Made by a program: the position numbers and the translations under genes. The notes beneath the pieces are model-generated. The model saw nothing but the letters and a program-made list of their open reading frames with translations. It had not been told where the DNA came from and ran no database searches. DNA of 64,000 bases from Squalus acanthias (taxonomy: Eukaryota). Each line of letters opens with the position of its first letter. Positions within the stretch are counted from its first letter, which is position 1. The stretch is taken from positions 50,656,001 to 50,720,000 of the forward strand of contig CM059432.1 of NCBI GenBank assembly GCA_030390025.1, written 5' to 3'. Positions 34,505 to 47,938 of this stretch are shown here, piece after piece.

Positions 34505-34957
34505 AAAATAACAGAAAATGCTGGAAGCACTCAGCAGGCCAGGCAGCATCCGTGGAGAGAGAAACCGAATTAACGTTTCAGGTCTGTGACCCTTCATCAG
34601 AACTGGAAAAGGTTAGAGATGTAACAGGTTTTAAGCAGGTGCTGAGGCAGGGAAAGGGGGAGGGGAGTGGAGGAAGGAACTGATGGAACAGTCTGTGCTA
34701 GGGTAGGAGGCAGGAGAGATTAAATGCTGCAAATGGGGATGGCAGAATCATCAACAGCCGCCTGAAAAATGGGGGCAGGGGTTATAGTCTGAAATTGTTG
34801 AACTCACTGTTGAGTCCAGAAGGCTGTAAAGTGCCTAATCGAAAGATGAGGTGCTGTTCCTCGAGCCTACGTTGAGCTTCATTGGAACAGTGCAAGAGGC
34901 CGAGGACAGAGGGGTCAGAGTGGGAGTGGAGTGGAGAATTAAAGTGACAGGCGACCG
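34505..34957 (-). mobile_element. Penelope 3' fragment (GIY-YIG C-terminus + pseudo-LTR with hammerhead 34568-34604)
   Basis: PVACHFNSPLHSHSD...[24 protein letters not shown] followed by the CUGAUGA/GAAACGUU motif. Confidence 0.85.
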
Positions 34958-35419
34958 GTATGCATGTCCTTTTTGTACAGGTAATGCAACCAACATAGAC
35001 TGTATCTGCATCATGTCTTTGCAGATATCGCTGTGCACCACACTCTGCACTTTGCATTCATACATGCTAATGCAATATTCTTTGTGCTGCACTATACCAT
35101 TTCTTCCACAGAGTGTAAGTATGGGGTGGGGCAACTGAGCAAATTCCCTGCAACACAACAGCTGTATACAAGTGCTAAACAAATTGTAGGAATGAGATAC
35201 GAGCAGGTCATAAAATTGATTTAGTCAGTTCATTGGTTTGCCACTTTTGTGTTTTGGTTTAGTATTTAAGTCGCTTTTGACTTGTCTGTGTACACTTATC
35301 CATCTGGAGTATAAGATTAATAGGTAATGCAGAGTGAAAGAAGTTAATGACTTGATTTGTCTAATTATAGACTAAATTATGTGCACCCTCAAAATGCAGA
35401 AATGGAGGCATAGCCAGTG

Positions 35420-36222
35420 GATTATTTTTGTTGAGTCCTGCAGTGCAGGAAGGACTCAATATGGTGGAAAGCCGAGAGGAGTATAGAAAGTGCAGGGGTG
35501 AAAGTAAAAAGGAAATTAGGAAAGCAAAGAGAGGGCATTAAAAAATATTGGCAAGGAAAACCCAAAGATGTTTTATAAATACATTAAGAGCAAGAGGATA
35601 ACTAAAGTAAGAGTAGGGACCATAAAGATAACCTATGTGTGGAAGCGGAAGACATTCATAGGGTTCTTAATGAATACTTTGCGTCTGTTTTCACGAGAGG
35701 GACGATGCAGACATTGCAATCGGAGGAGGGGTGTGAAATATTAGATGAAATAAACATAGTGAAAGAGGAAGTATTAAGGTGTTCAGCATCTTTGGATAAA
35801 TCCCCAGGCCTGGATGAAATGTATCCTAGATTGTTAAGAGAAGTAAGAGAGGAAATAGCAGAGGCTCTGACCATCATTTTCCAATCCTCTCTGGCTTCAG
35901 GTGTGGTGCCAGAGGACTGCTAACGTGGTACCTTTGTTTAAAAAGGAAGGGATAGACTGGGTAATTACAGGCCAGTCAGCCTAACCTCGGTGGTGGGAAA
36001 ATTATTGGAAAAAATTCTGAGGGACAGGATAAATCTTCAATTAGAAAGACACAGATTAATCAGGGATAGTCAGCATGGATTTGTTAAGGGAAGGTCGTGT
36101 CTGACTAACTTGATTGAATTTTTTTGAGGAGATAACAAGGAGGGTCGATGAGGGTAGTGTGTTTGATGTAGTCTATATGGATTTTAGCAAGGCATTTGAC
36201 AAGGTCCCGCATGGAAGACCTG
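35420..36222 (+). mobile_element. CR1 LINE internal fragment
   Basis: VLNEYFASVFT, DKSPGLDEMYPRLL, DFSKAFDKVPH with frameshifts. Confidence 0.88.
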
Positions 36223-36626
36223 AAGCTTAATATTATGCAATATCAATAGAAAAAGTGCAAAAGGAGAATGCACTAGGACAACAGTGTAGCACAATCATTT
36301 AATTTAATTGTGCGTTTAGCTCATTACAGAAGTCCTTGCAAAGGGGGTAGGTACTGTGTAATTCTGGGTAGGTGGAGCATATGTAATAGCCTGATATTGT
36401 GTGGTGCAGATTCTTTACTATGGATCTTGCAGAACTAGTTAGCATTTTCTGCTCACATTTTGCAACATCTTGGTTAAGCTCCCACTTTTAAGGCCAGTGT
36501 GAATCTGCATCTTTATCTTACAGTGAGGATAAATAACTGTATTTTCTTGAGCTGTTTGAATGTACAGTGCACAGCAATTCTTTCAAATTTCTATGACTTT
36601 TTTACACAGGAATTCACAGTTGAAAG

Positions 36627-36704
36627 ATGGCAAACGAATGTGCATCAGATCCATGGCAAGATTGCATGGAAGTTGCAGTTGCTGTTGCCCGACAAGCTGG
36701 TGCA
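36627..36704 (+). CDS. IMPA1: IMPA1 coding exon 1 (exon begins 36610)
   Basis: [26 protein letters not shown]|gtgagt. Confidence 0.93.
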
Positions 36705-39700
36705 GTGAGTAAATAAATGGGATTTGAATTGTGCTTATTTTCTATGTTCAGTAGATCTCGCCCACAAATCTTAAACTATCCAGGGAAATTTGTTTTCTTC
36801 TAAAAGACTATTTTTAAATGTTCAGTTGAACAATTTAGTGCAATTAAAATCATTTTAAACCCGTGATTATCTTTATTTCGTCATATTTCTATCTCAAACC
36901 ATGTACATAATCCTCATAAATTGCATCAAAAAGTCCATTATTTTTTAATATGAAGTTTAAGCATTTTATAAAACCAAAAATTTATTGACTTTCTTGTTCT
37001 GTGAGCACAGTCCAGCGTACCCAAATGGCTGCATGCTTGCTGAGGGAGGATAGATTTTTTTTATTTCCTTCCCAGGAAATGTCATTTTCAGTTTGGTCTT
37101 CATACTTTCTCCAAATCCACTATTGTTCCCTCAGGGATTTTTTCTTTATGTATTCCCTTTGGCAGGAATGACTCCTGTTCAGAGTAAGCCTACCTGTCTC
37201 ATAATTCCTTCCAGCAGAATGGCTGCTTATTTCTTCAGTTTTATAATAAGTCAAGTGCCATGAGACATGATTTCTCAATCTCAAGGTTATAAAAATGTCC
37301 TTTCTACAATACAGCTAACCATCTGGTAGTGGAACACACATAATAGAAAAGTTTCCTTGTAGCATTGCTTGATGTGCTAGAAACTTAACACATTCACTCT
37401 TCCTTATTACTAGAGAAATCATACATGGTCCAAAAACAGCTCGTGAAGTTAACTTACCTCATAACTAACTACATGGAATGCAGAATTTTTTATCTCATCA
37501 GTGAAAGGGTATGACTTTCTCATGAATCACTGGCAATTTGAAAATCAAACTGCATGTTCGTAGTATATTAAGTAGCACATCGCCTTGGTATGAATATGAC
37601 TGGGCGTTCTGAGGGATTGATGGCCCAAAAAATTGCTAATCTGTAAACTTTATCTAAATACATTGGCAAATAAAACTAGTGGATACCATTACTGCAGCTT
37701 CGATCTAATACCAACTAACAGTGTCACAGCATTCGAAAGTCAACCGTCCCACTGATTATAAGGTATTACTGCTGTGCACTGCAGAACACACCCTTTGTGT
37801 TCTCTCTGCCATTTGCTCCCCCCTAAAAAAATCTGGTCCAATTCTATTCATAAACCAGTTTCCTTTTAATTTATAACTGTAATATGCAAAATTTGAACAC
37901 ATGCATTATTATATTTAAAAATATTGTAAATTTTCTTCAATGTGCAGCCTCTTTCACTCACGGATTAAACAGCATTCAAGACTTTACATGCAGTGTGGTT
38001 CATACCTATCCAGTCTTCGCTTGGATTCCAAAATGTACCTTGAATGAAAGTGTCTACTTTTAAATCTGTAAATTTACAGAAGTACCTGACCATGTAATCT
38101 CGAAACAATGTGCAAGGAATATGGTGCCACAGTTATTGCTGTGATGATTAGTTGCTTACTGTATTTGTGTGGGTTTGGTGCAGTAGTGCACATGCACTTT
38201 GTTTAGTCATTCACTTTTTTTTGAAATAGCAAGAGAAACATTAATTCACCGCTCCACGCCCACTCAGACCTCACCGTCCTCGGCCTCTTGCATTGTTCCA
38301 CGGAAGCTCAGCGTAAGCTCGAGGAACAGCATCTCATCTTCCGATTAGGCACTTTACAGCCTTCCAGACTCGATATCGAGTTCAACAATTTCAGATCATA
38401 ACCTCGGCCCCTACCACATATACATATATATATTTTATCCCCCCCTTTTGGTTTGTGCCTTTTCCCTTTTTTTTTCTCTCTCTCCCCCACGGCAGCTGTC
38501 TTTCATTCTGCCAGCATTTCACACTTCACACTTCTGAGCCATCTTTTGTTTCTTAACCTGTCCTATTACTATCTCATCTTGCCTTGAGCATCTCTTAATG
38601 TCTCTACTTACCATAGACCACCCCTTTTGTTCTTCCTCCCCCCAGCCTCCCACTTGCTTTTTTTATCTGTTTCATTTCCTGCTTTTTTCTCAGTTCTGAT
38701 GAAGGGTCTTTGACCTGAAACGTTAACTGTTTCTCTCTCCTCGGATGTTGCCTGGCCTGCTGAGTTTTTCCAGCGTTTTCTGTTGTTGTTTCAAGAGAAA
38801 CATTGTGTTCAGTTGAGTATTTGAAATTTAGAAAACATCTGTAAACTGTCATTTGAACAAGTGTTGGTTCATTCAGAATGACTTTGCTAAGTTGCACTAG
38901 GTTTAGTTTATCTCTTTTCCTATTTATTTTATCCAAATTTTTAGTCAATGCAATGCTGAGGCAAAAATATGAATATTAAAAAAAACACATACATATTGAA
39001 GAATAATTGGAGGGGGAAAGGGAAGGAGTTGACATTTTTATTCTCAATATATTTCAATATTTTACATCTTCAAAGAGTATGAAAGGCAAATTCTTGTTCC
39101 CATTAGGAAATTATGGGGATAAAGGAATGTGACAGCTCCATGGGGTTCTGTAAATTTAAAACACTCATATTTTCTTTGCAGGTTATTTGTGAAGCTTTGA
39201 AAAAAGTACAGACCGTTCAGATTAAAAGTTCTCCTGCAGACCTGGTGACCGAGACTGATCAAAATGTAGAAAAAATGATTCTGTGCACCCTAAAGGAAAA
39301 ATTTCCTTCTCACAGGTAAAGGATTATTGTAATAATTTGAGTAGGAGTTGTAATTCTGAGCACTACTGCACCATATTAATGCACCACAAAAATATACTGG
39401 TCAAGAAGTTTTCAAATGAGAAATAAAAACAGAAAATTCTGGAAATACTCAGCAGGTCAGGCAGCATCTGTGGCGATAGAAACAAAGTTAATGTTTCAGG
39501 TCGATGACCTTTTTATCAGAACTGGAAAAAGTTCGAGCTCTAACAGGCTTTAAGCAAGTGCAGGGGCAGGGAAACTACAAAAGTAACTACAAAATGCCTT
39601 AACTTAAGAACTTTAATGTCTTACTGTAACTTTTTTATTTATTTCAGTTTTATTGGTGAGGAGTCAGTTGCAGATGGAGCAGCAAGTGTATTAACAGACA

Positions 39701-42700
39701 ATCCCACGTGGATAATTGATCCCATTGATGGGACCACTAATTTTGTCCACAGGTATGCTTTTTGGCTGGGAAAGGCTTCATGTTTATGGAGAAATGTATA
39801 CTGTATCGGCTGTGTCGATCTGATAAATTGAAGCTTTTTTCTTGTGTGCTTACGGAGCGTTATCTGAATATGGTTCTGTATTTCTAACTAACATAAAACT
39901 TTAAAACTACATGTTTAAAAGAAACTTCAAGATGCTTGGTGTGAAATTAACAGAAGTGGATATTGTTCATTCAACTCGGGCAATTTTGTTTTATAGGTTT
40001 CCCTTTGTAGCAGTTTCTATTGGCTTTTCTGTGAATAAACAGGTAATGCAAGTATTTTGTACAGAATTTAATTTTTTGTTCTGAATAATTTAATATTGGG
40101 AAGCAATGTGAGAATTGTAAACAATGAGAATGTTGTAAAGTAAAGCTACTGGGCAGGAGTTGTATGTTAGTCTTAAGAATATTGAACTGACATTCAATTA
40201 TACTCTTAGGATTTATCTGCCGCTGACCTACATTGGCTCCCAGTCCAACAACAACTCAAATTAAAAATTTGAATCCTTGTGTTCAAATCCCTCAATGGCC
40301 TCGTCCCATACTATCTCCGTAACCTCTATAAATACCTCGAGTCCTGCAACCCTCTGAACTCTGCATTCCTCCAACTCCAGTCGGTCTCTTGTGCATCCTC
40401 CACTTCCTTGGTGGCCATGCATTCAGCCGTCTAGGCCCTAAGCTCTAGAATTCTCTCCCCATACCTCTTTGCCTACCTACCTCTCTCCACCTTTTTAAGA
40501 GGCTCCCTAAAACCTACCTTTTTGACCAAGCGTTTGGCCACCAGCCCTAAGGTCATCTTCTTTGGCTCGGTGTCAGTTTTTGTTTGATTACACTCCTGTG
40601 AAGTGCCTTGGGGTGTTTTACTATGTTAAAGCCACTACATAAATGCAAGTTGTTGTTGAATTGTATCTCTCTTATTTGATTTTTCAGTTCAACACAGGCA
40701 GTTTTAACAGATGAAGCTAATATATTTCCTAGTGCACTGAGTATCTCATTTTCTATATATTGCATTTAGAGTGAAATTGGTGTTGTATATAGCTGTGTGG
40801 AGGACAAGATGTACACAGCTCAAAGAGGGCAAGGTGCATTTTGCAATGGGCAACGATTGAAAGTATCTGGACAAGAAGGTGAGTTAAAATCTTTCAGTTG
40901 CTTTGTGGTCACAAGGATGGTAAATTAGCTGGGCATCTTTGGGCTTTGGTAAGTATTTATGAAGAGAGAGTTCGAGGCTCCCTCGTTTTGGAGGCTTCAG
41001 AGATACAGATGTTCACGTGTTGAGTTAGATGGTGAAGAGAGAGTGGGAAGAAGCTAGTTTATGATCAGTGATCTTCAGCAAATTCAAAAATTATGCCTAT
41101 ATACAGGAAACTTTCGTTTATCCGGCACCCAAATATCCGGAATTCTCGCTTAACCGGCAAAAATCAGGTAAGTTTTATTATACAGACAAGACCCCGATTC
41201 TGACCTTTCGCCCCCACGAAAAGGGGGTCAACGTTCTTCCGACTCGGACCTGTCGCCGCCACGGAGGAAAAAGCCGGAGTCTCGTTTACCTTCCCTCTCC
41301 GGGTCCCAATTGTTCAGCCTGTGGCCGTGTACGGGGCTCTCGTACCTTGGTAAGTATACCTCTCTGTAATCCGGCACTTTCGATCAACCGGCACCACGCC
41401 GGTCCCGTCGGTGCCGGATAAACGAAAGTTTCCTGTAGCTGATTTTACTATCCAGTTAAAGTATGAGCCTTCATAATTTTAATTAAATTATAAATAAAAG
41501 TACTTTCAACAATTAATTTATTGTTTTAAAAAAATGCTCATTAAAATTGGAGTACTCATTTTGAATTAGTGACCTAGATTTGTTTTGGGCTCTTTCTATT
41601 AGGTCACATTAAAGGCAACAGATACATAACATAGTCTGTCTTTGTAGTCAGATGAGGTGCTTCTTCATGTGGCTTTTTGGGGATGCAATAGAATGTTTTC
41701 ATTTGAAAATCTTCAATCTCCAGACAGCCCAGACAACCTGGATACACCACCCAATGAGCAGTTGTAAATGAGCACTATCAGAAAGTTGGTGGGAGAAGGT
41801 TGCCTGCCTGTACAATGGTACCTGGCATGTGTGGGGTGGGGGGATGGATGTAATTGTTTTCATATGATACGAATGCATGCCAAAGTCTAATCTGTCGTAG
41901 ATATACTTTCATTTTTTTTTAATTACAGGCTTCTTTTATGAACATTTATTGAATAGGATTAATCTGTCTGTGTAGATGTGAATGTTCTTGTTCTCTCTCC
42001 ACAATTACTCTAATATCAAATAACTGCTCTGGCAATAGTTGACCTTGTGGTTAGAGCACATTTTTCTATTTCTAAGCACTTATGCCAGCATACCTTAGAT
42101 CCCAAATGGAAATTTATTTCAGGTGGACCACCTCTGAAACCATTCTGTTTGAAAGAATTAAAACCTTACATTTAAACAGGGCTTTACACGTCTCCGGATG
42201 TTCCAAAGCATTTCTCAGCCAATGAATTACTTTTGAAGTGTAGTGTATATAATAACCCCACTGTGGGAACACCATCCATCACAAGAACTGCAGCAGTTCA
42301 AATAGAAAGCTCACCAACATCTTCAGGGCGGCGAGGGATGAGCAACAGATGTGGCTTTGCCATCATCACCCACATCTCAAGGACATATTTTTAAAGAAGT
42401 CACTGTTATGTAGGCAAGCACAGCATCCAATTTGCACACGGCAAGGTCCCACAAACAGTATTACGATAAATGACCAGTTAATCTGGGCCTTGGGTTAACA
42501 TTTTATCTGAAAGATAACACCTCCGACAAAGCAGCACTGCTTCAGTAGTGCAATGAAGTGGCTGTGGTTTTTGAGTAAATTAATAGTAATATTCACTTTT
42601 TTAGTTTTTCCCAATTTCTCCCCTCCCTACAATTGCTTTTTGTTTTTCCAGTTTTCTGTTGCTGGGGTATGACTCCATGGATACAGGCAGCTCTCCATTA

Positions 42701-45700
42701 ACTTGCACAAGTGGCCAGTCTTCATGTGCAACCTTAGACAGTGAGTGTCAGCAAGCTGTTTTGACAGCTGAGAGCATTACAGCCCAACCCAGTCAAGTTC
42801 TCACCTGATGTTTTTACACGCACACTTCCAGCAGGTGTGGGAATCCTGGCTAAAGTTTTTTTTTCCTAGCACAGGGATGTTGAGACCAATTGCAGTGCTT
42901 CAACTGAGATCGAATAACACAGCATGCAGCAGGAACATGGGATCCTGTATGGGTTAGTGCTTCATTAGATGGTGTCTTTATCCATTCGACCAATAGAGGA
43001 GCTGATATTAACATTTCTCATCTGCCTTTGCTGACCTTCATCCATAAGTTGACAAACTTGCCAACCCATGCTTTTTGAGTCTTGGGACATTTGGTTGCTT
43101 CTGGAGGTAAACTCTTCCCCCTCCCCACCCCCCCCCCCCCCCCCTGAAAACATGTGAAGAATCTAATAGTCCACAGGGAAATTGGAGAGTTAAATGTTGT
43201 AATCAAAGAAGTGCTCCTCTTCTCGTATGTCAGTTTTCCTGTACTGATGCATGATTTGCAGTTAGATATTCTTGCCTTGCCATTGTATGTAGTTGAATAA
43301 TTGTCCATTAAATGTTGTAGATATAAGCAAAGCTCTTATAGTAACAGAGCTTGGGTCTAATCGCACACCAGAAATCGTGAAGACGGTTCTTTCAAACATG
43401 GAAAAACTAATTTCTATTCCGAGCCATGGGTAGGTATCTTAACTTTCACAAATGACATATGAAATTGACTTTTTTTGTATGTGGACTGTTGTTCATTCAG
43501 ATAATGCTGTAGCTGTAATAGACAATGTGCATACAATTTCTTTGCTAGAAACTCCTAGGATGAACTGAGAAGCAGTTTCACTTCTGGGACCAGAGTTCTA
43601 GTCTAGTCCAGACTCATGGGGTGTAAGTGTCCTCTGTCTACTGACTGTAAAGGTCCTATTTGGAATGTGTTTCAGTAGTCTCCAATTCAATATTTTAGGC
43701 ATAGGTTAAAAATAATAGGGTAGAGAGAATGTGTATGTCAGGAAAAATTGAGTAGGTGCCATCAAACGTAGGTTTTAAAAACCTTTAGGCTGTAAGAGGG
43801 ATGTTAGAAGGTCTATAGTTTTGACTCTGGGGAAAAATGAGCTGGAGCAGAGGACAAAGTCATTGATATGAAGAACCAAGTGGGAGAGAGAATGGAGTCC
43901 TGTGTTGGTGGAGAAAGTCCATGAATGAGCTAGAGTAGGGAACAAAGTATGGGCTCTGATATCAACATCGAGGATACAGGTGGGGAGGAATGCATATTTG
44001 GAATTTGGGAGGCAAGTGGGGATGACTGGGTGGAGGCTGGAGAAACGGGAAGAGAGGATTGCGACTAGAGGTAAAACAAAAGATCCGTCAGCTGATTTTT
44101 TGTGTGCGTCCTGTCCAGGACTGTGCAAAAGGTATCCGAGGTGTGAATCTTTAGGTAAAGGAACAGTTTCAAATCCTGGACAGACTTGGGCTTTACAGAG
44201 TTGGAAGTTTTCGGAGGCAGGTTGAGCAATAAAGTTGATGTAGGAATTTAATTTGAGATCAGAGTTGTTGATGAGGTCAATAATGTCTTTAGATTAAAAA
44301 GGACTAAGGGTGGGTTCATCAAAGGGAGGAGGTTGGCAATTGTTGGTTGAAATTGTATTTGAAGAATTAAGGGAAGATGTTCCATCGCTTCACTTAGTAT
44401 GGAAAACATCAAAATTGCACTGAGGAGAATAATACTTTCTGAATATGTTTCAGAATTCGAGCTCTGGGAACTGCAGCTGTAAACATGTGCATGGTGGCAA
44501 CCGGTGGTGCAGACGCCTACTATGAGATGGGAATTCACTGCTGGGATATGGCAGCAGCCGCAGTCATTGTTACTGAGGCTGGTGGTGTTGTGCTGGATAT
44601 ATCAGGTAGTTTTGAGTCATGAATTCGCTGTTTTGTATATAAGTGGAACTTTCTAGTATATTTTCAGATCATGGTTTTTCTGGTAAAAGCAGACTCCTTT
44701 ACTTGAATAGATTCAAATCTTTAAAAAAGATTACTTTCAGATTTAGGAGCAATGCACACATTTGTAAAATTTAGATAAAATGCCAACTTCTTTGCGCATC
44801 TTCAGATGATGCTATTCAGTCAGATTTGGTCAAAAAAAGTGCTTAAAATTTACAAAATGGTTTCTCAATATGTGCACTTAATTTCTAATCCTTAGCATTA
44901 AAGTACATTCTGCACATGGCAGGCGTATACCTAAATTCTTTGAACTGCTATTAAATGGTGGCATGTTCCCCTCCCTTTCAAAACTGCAGTCATCAGTCCA
45001 TCCTCAAAAAGATACCCCTCTGTCTTTGCAAACTACTGCCCCATTTCCAATCTCCCTTTCCTCTCAAGTCCTTGAATGTGTTGTCCCCTCCTAAATCTGT
45101 GCCCATCTTTCCTGCAACTCCCAGTTTCAAGTTCTGACCCTCCCAAAGTACCAAATTTGCCCTAACCAAAGTCACAAATGACATCTCTGTGACTGTAACC
45201 ATAGTGCCTTATCCCTCCTCATCCTCCCTGCAGCCTTTGGTACAGTCAGCTATACCAATCTCATTCCTCCATTGTCCAGTGGGACTGTTCCTGCTTGGTT
45301 CCATTTTTAAGTATATGATCATAGACAAAGCATCTCTAACAATGGCTTCTCTTCTTTCCCCCACACTATTACCTCTGCAATCCCCCAATTAACCATCCTG
45401 GTCCCCTGCTCTTCTTCATCTACATGTTGCTCCTTGGCGACATCATGAGCTTCCATGCTGATGACACCCAGCTCTACCTCTCCACTACCTCTCCCAATCC
45501 GTCTACTGCATCTGTGTTGTCAGCTTGCTCGTCCAACATCCAGTCTTGGATTTGCTGCAATTTCCCACAGTTAAACATTGGAAAAACTATAGTCATCATC
45601 TGCGGCTCCTGCCACAAACTCTGTACCCTTGCCGCCAATTCCATCCCCCTCCCTGGCCACTGTCTCAGGCTGAACCTGACTGCTCACAACCGCTGTTTCC

Positions 45701-46327
45701 TATTCAACCCCGAGCTGAGGTTCCAAACCCATATCCTCTTGGTCACAAAAAAACCCTATTTCCACCTCCGTAACATTGCCAACCGCCGCCCCTATCTCGG
45801 CCTATCTGCTGCTGAAAACCTTCATGCCTTTCTCACCTCCAGACTTGTCTATTCCAATGCTTTCCCGGATGGCCTCCTATCCACCACCCTCCGTAAGCTT
45901 CACCTCATCCAGAACCCTGCTGCCCGTATCCTATCCCACACCAAGTCATGCTCACCCATTGCTCCTGTCCTCACTGACCTACAATCGTTCCAGGTCTCCC
46001 AATGCCTCAGATTTAAAATTCTCATCCTCATGTTTAAATCCCTTTATGGATTTGTCCCTGCCTTTCTCTCTAACCTCCTCCAGTTCTACACCTCCTCTTC
46101 CCTCTCAGGATTTTAATGTTGACACAAAATAACCTTTAAAGATAAAGTACAACTAATTGTAAGAACACTCTGATATCTCTTTGTCATTGACATTTTATTT
46201 TCTCCTTTTAGGAGGACCATTTGATCTGATGTCACGCAGAATAATTGCTGCAAGTAGCAGAGCCATTGCAGAGAGAATAGCGCAAGAAGTGCAGATAATC
46301 CGTTATCCGAGGGATGATCAGGAGTAA
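36627..46327 (+). CDS. IMPA1: Inositol monophosphatase 1, coding exons 36627-36704, 39182-39315, 39648-39752, 39997-40042, 40770-40878, 43321-43429, 44454-44605, 46212-46327 (849 nt, 282 aa)
   Basis: All GT-AG, phases compatible. [66 protein letters not shown] motifs. Confidence 0.97.
38243..38791 (+). mobile_element. Penelope 3' fragment with hammerhead motif (38692-38728)
   Basis: 13-bp TSD CAAGAGAAACATT (38230-38242, 38792-38804); GIY-YIG C-terminus [33 protein letters not shown](UUU)GACCU-GAAACGUU-AACU. Confidence 0.88.
39182..39315 (+). CDS. IMPA1: IMPA1 coding exon 2
   Basis: VICEALKK...[13 protein letters not shown]...KFPSH. Confidence 0.96.
39648..39752 (+). CDS. IMPA1: IMPA1 coding exon 3
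   Basis: FIGEESV...[14 protein letters not shown]. Confidence 0.97.
39997..40042 (+). CDS. IMPA1: IMPA1 coding exon 4
   Basis: [15 protein letters not shown]. Confidence 0.95.
40160..40640 (+). mobile_element. L2-type LINE 3' fragment
   Basis: Same family as 14245-14765; (TTG)n tail. Confidence 0.8.
40770..40878 (+). CDS. IMPA1: IMPA1 coding exon 5
   Basis: [36 protein letters not shown]. Confidence 0.96.
41104..41435. mobile_element. Tc1/mariner (pogo/Tigger-like) MITE, 332 bp
   Basis: Perfect 26-bp TIRs CAGGAAACTTTCGTTTATCCGGCACC flanked by a TA duplication. Confidence 0.93.
43321..43429 (+). CDS. IMPA1: IMPA1 coding exon 6
   Basis: [17 protein letters not shown]...IPSHG. Confidence 0.96.
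44454..44605 (+). CDS. IMPA1: IMPA1 coding exon 7
   Basis: [35 protein letters not shown]. Confidence 0.97.
44945..46100 (+). mobile_element. Decayed L2-type LINE RT fragment
   Basis: [37 protein letters not shown]. Confidence 0.85.
46212..46327 (+). CDS. IMPA1: IMPA1 last coding exon (TAA, followed by TGA)
   Basis: [37 protein letters not shown]. Confidence 0.96.
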
Positions 46328-47938
46328 TGAGAAAATGTATTTCTCAATACAGTTTATTATATTTACTACAGTTTATTATATTTACTCCAGTTTAAATAGG
46401 TTTCCAGTGTTTTATTTGCAAACGCACTGGGAATATCTCTGAACCCATTAAGTGAAAATGGTGAAATGGTCAGGTCAAGTTCAGTATATCTGATGCAGAC
46501 ATGCCAATTCACGTGAATTTATCGCGAGAGACGCGATTTCGAAGCAAAATTAAGCTTCACTCATGATCATGCGATAGAACGGTCAATCTCATGATTTTCC
46601 CCCCCCCCCCCCCCCCTCGCAAAGCTGGTTGCTTGTGATGTCAGTAATCGCTTAGTGACAGCCGAATGCACTTCCTGTCTGGGAGCAAAGGTCGGGGAAG
46701 CACCAGATGGTCTGTCCACGGAGTAGGATAGTGGTGAGTCCCCAGCTCCAAGAGCCACTGCTCTCTCTGCACTCGTGTGCGCAGTTTAACGGCTACGATT
46801 TCTCAAAAGTGGCGCGAATGCCGCACCATGTGGGTGAATGAAGGACAGTTCCCGGCTCAACCTAAATATACTACACACAGGCTCATTAGCATGTGCCCGA
46901 GTGTCAATCAGAGCTGCTACCACAGCAACCCTGCAAACAAAACTATCTGCGTGCATGCAACCAGCATCCATTTTACAGCTCCGCTAACTCCAAATTAAGT
47001 TTAATTGGATTGGCTTCAACCAATTTGTAATTTTATTTTCTTTCTTTAAAACAACAGCGATTGGGGTAATCAGTAATTAATATAGATTACCCATTTACAA
47101 TTATCAAAGAAATCGCAAGTGGACTGGACTGGATTTACTAGTAACAAATCCACTTGTGTAAGTTTTGTGTTTTATTTTAAAGTCTCTGTGTTTTAGATAC
47201 ATTTTCAATTAAATCAAATAAAGGTTGAACAAACCACGTGTAAGAGTGTAAGCATAACTACTATTTTACTGAAAATGAAAAACACTGGTTGCCCATGTGT
47301 TATCAATGGGGAAAAAAACCTAATTTACACGTGCTCGCCTTTTTAAAGGGGCATAACTGCAGTAATAAAGGTAGTATGTAGAAATGTCATCCCAATCACT
47401 GTCATCTTAACCTTAAACTGAGTTGCATTGCAACATGGTGATAACAGGTAGAATTTTTAAAGCATTTTTTGTAAAGCATTTTCAGATACAGTGATACAGT
47501 TTTTGTAAAGAGCTGTGACCTGTTAGAGATTAAATAAAGCCACTAATGAGGCTTAGAAACCAACTGTCAATCTATATTGGTTTATGTTTGGAAAAAAATA
47601 GTAACTCATGATTTTTATACCAAATCTCTTGATTTATAAGATAGTGGGGTTGGCATTACTGCTGATGTATATTTTGCTTGTAGCACAGTGTTGATGAAAA
47701 CCATAACTTTCACCAATATTTTACAATAAAAGAATTACTTGCTTCTGCAAAAGCTGCTCAGAAGCTGATGTATTTAAGTGATGCAGCCAGAATTTGGACC
47801 ATTACTACCAGTGGTTTGTGTTGGCATTTTGTTGGTAGCTATATGGTTATGGTATATAAACACACATTCCTTACTTGTTTTGATATTTAATGAATGGAAA
47901 TGAGTGCAGAAATTGAATGTGAGAAGTATAATATTATG

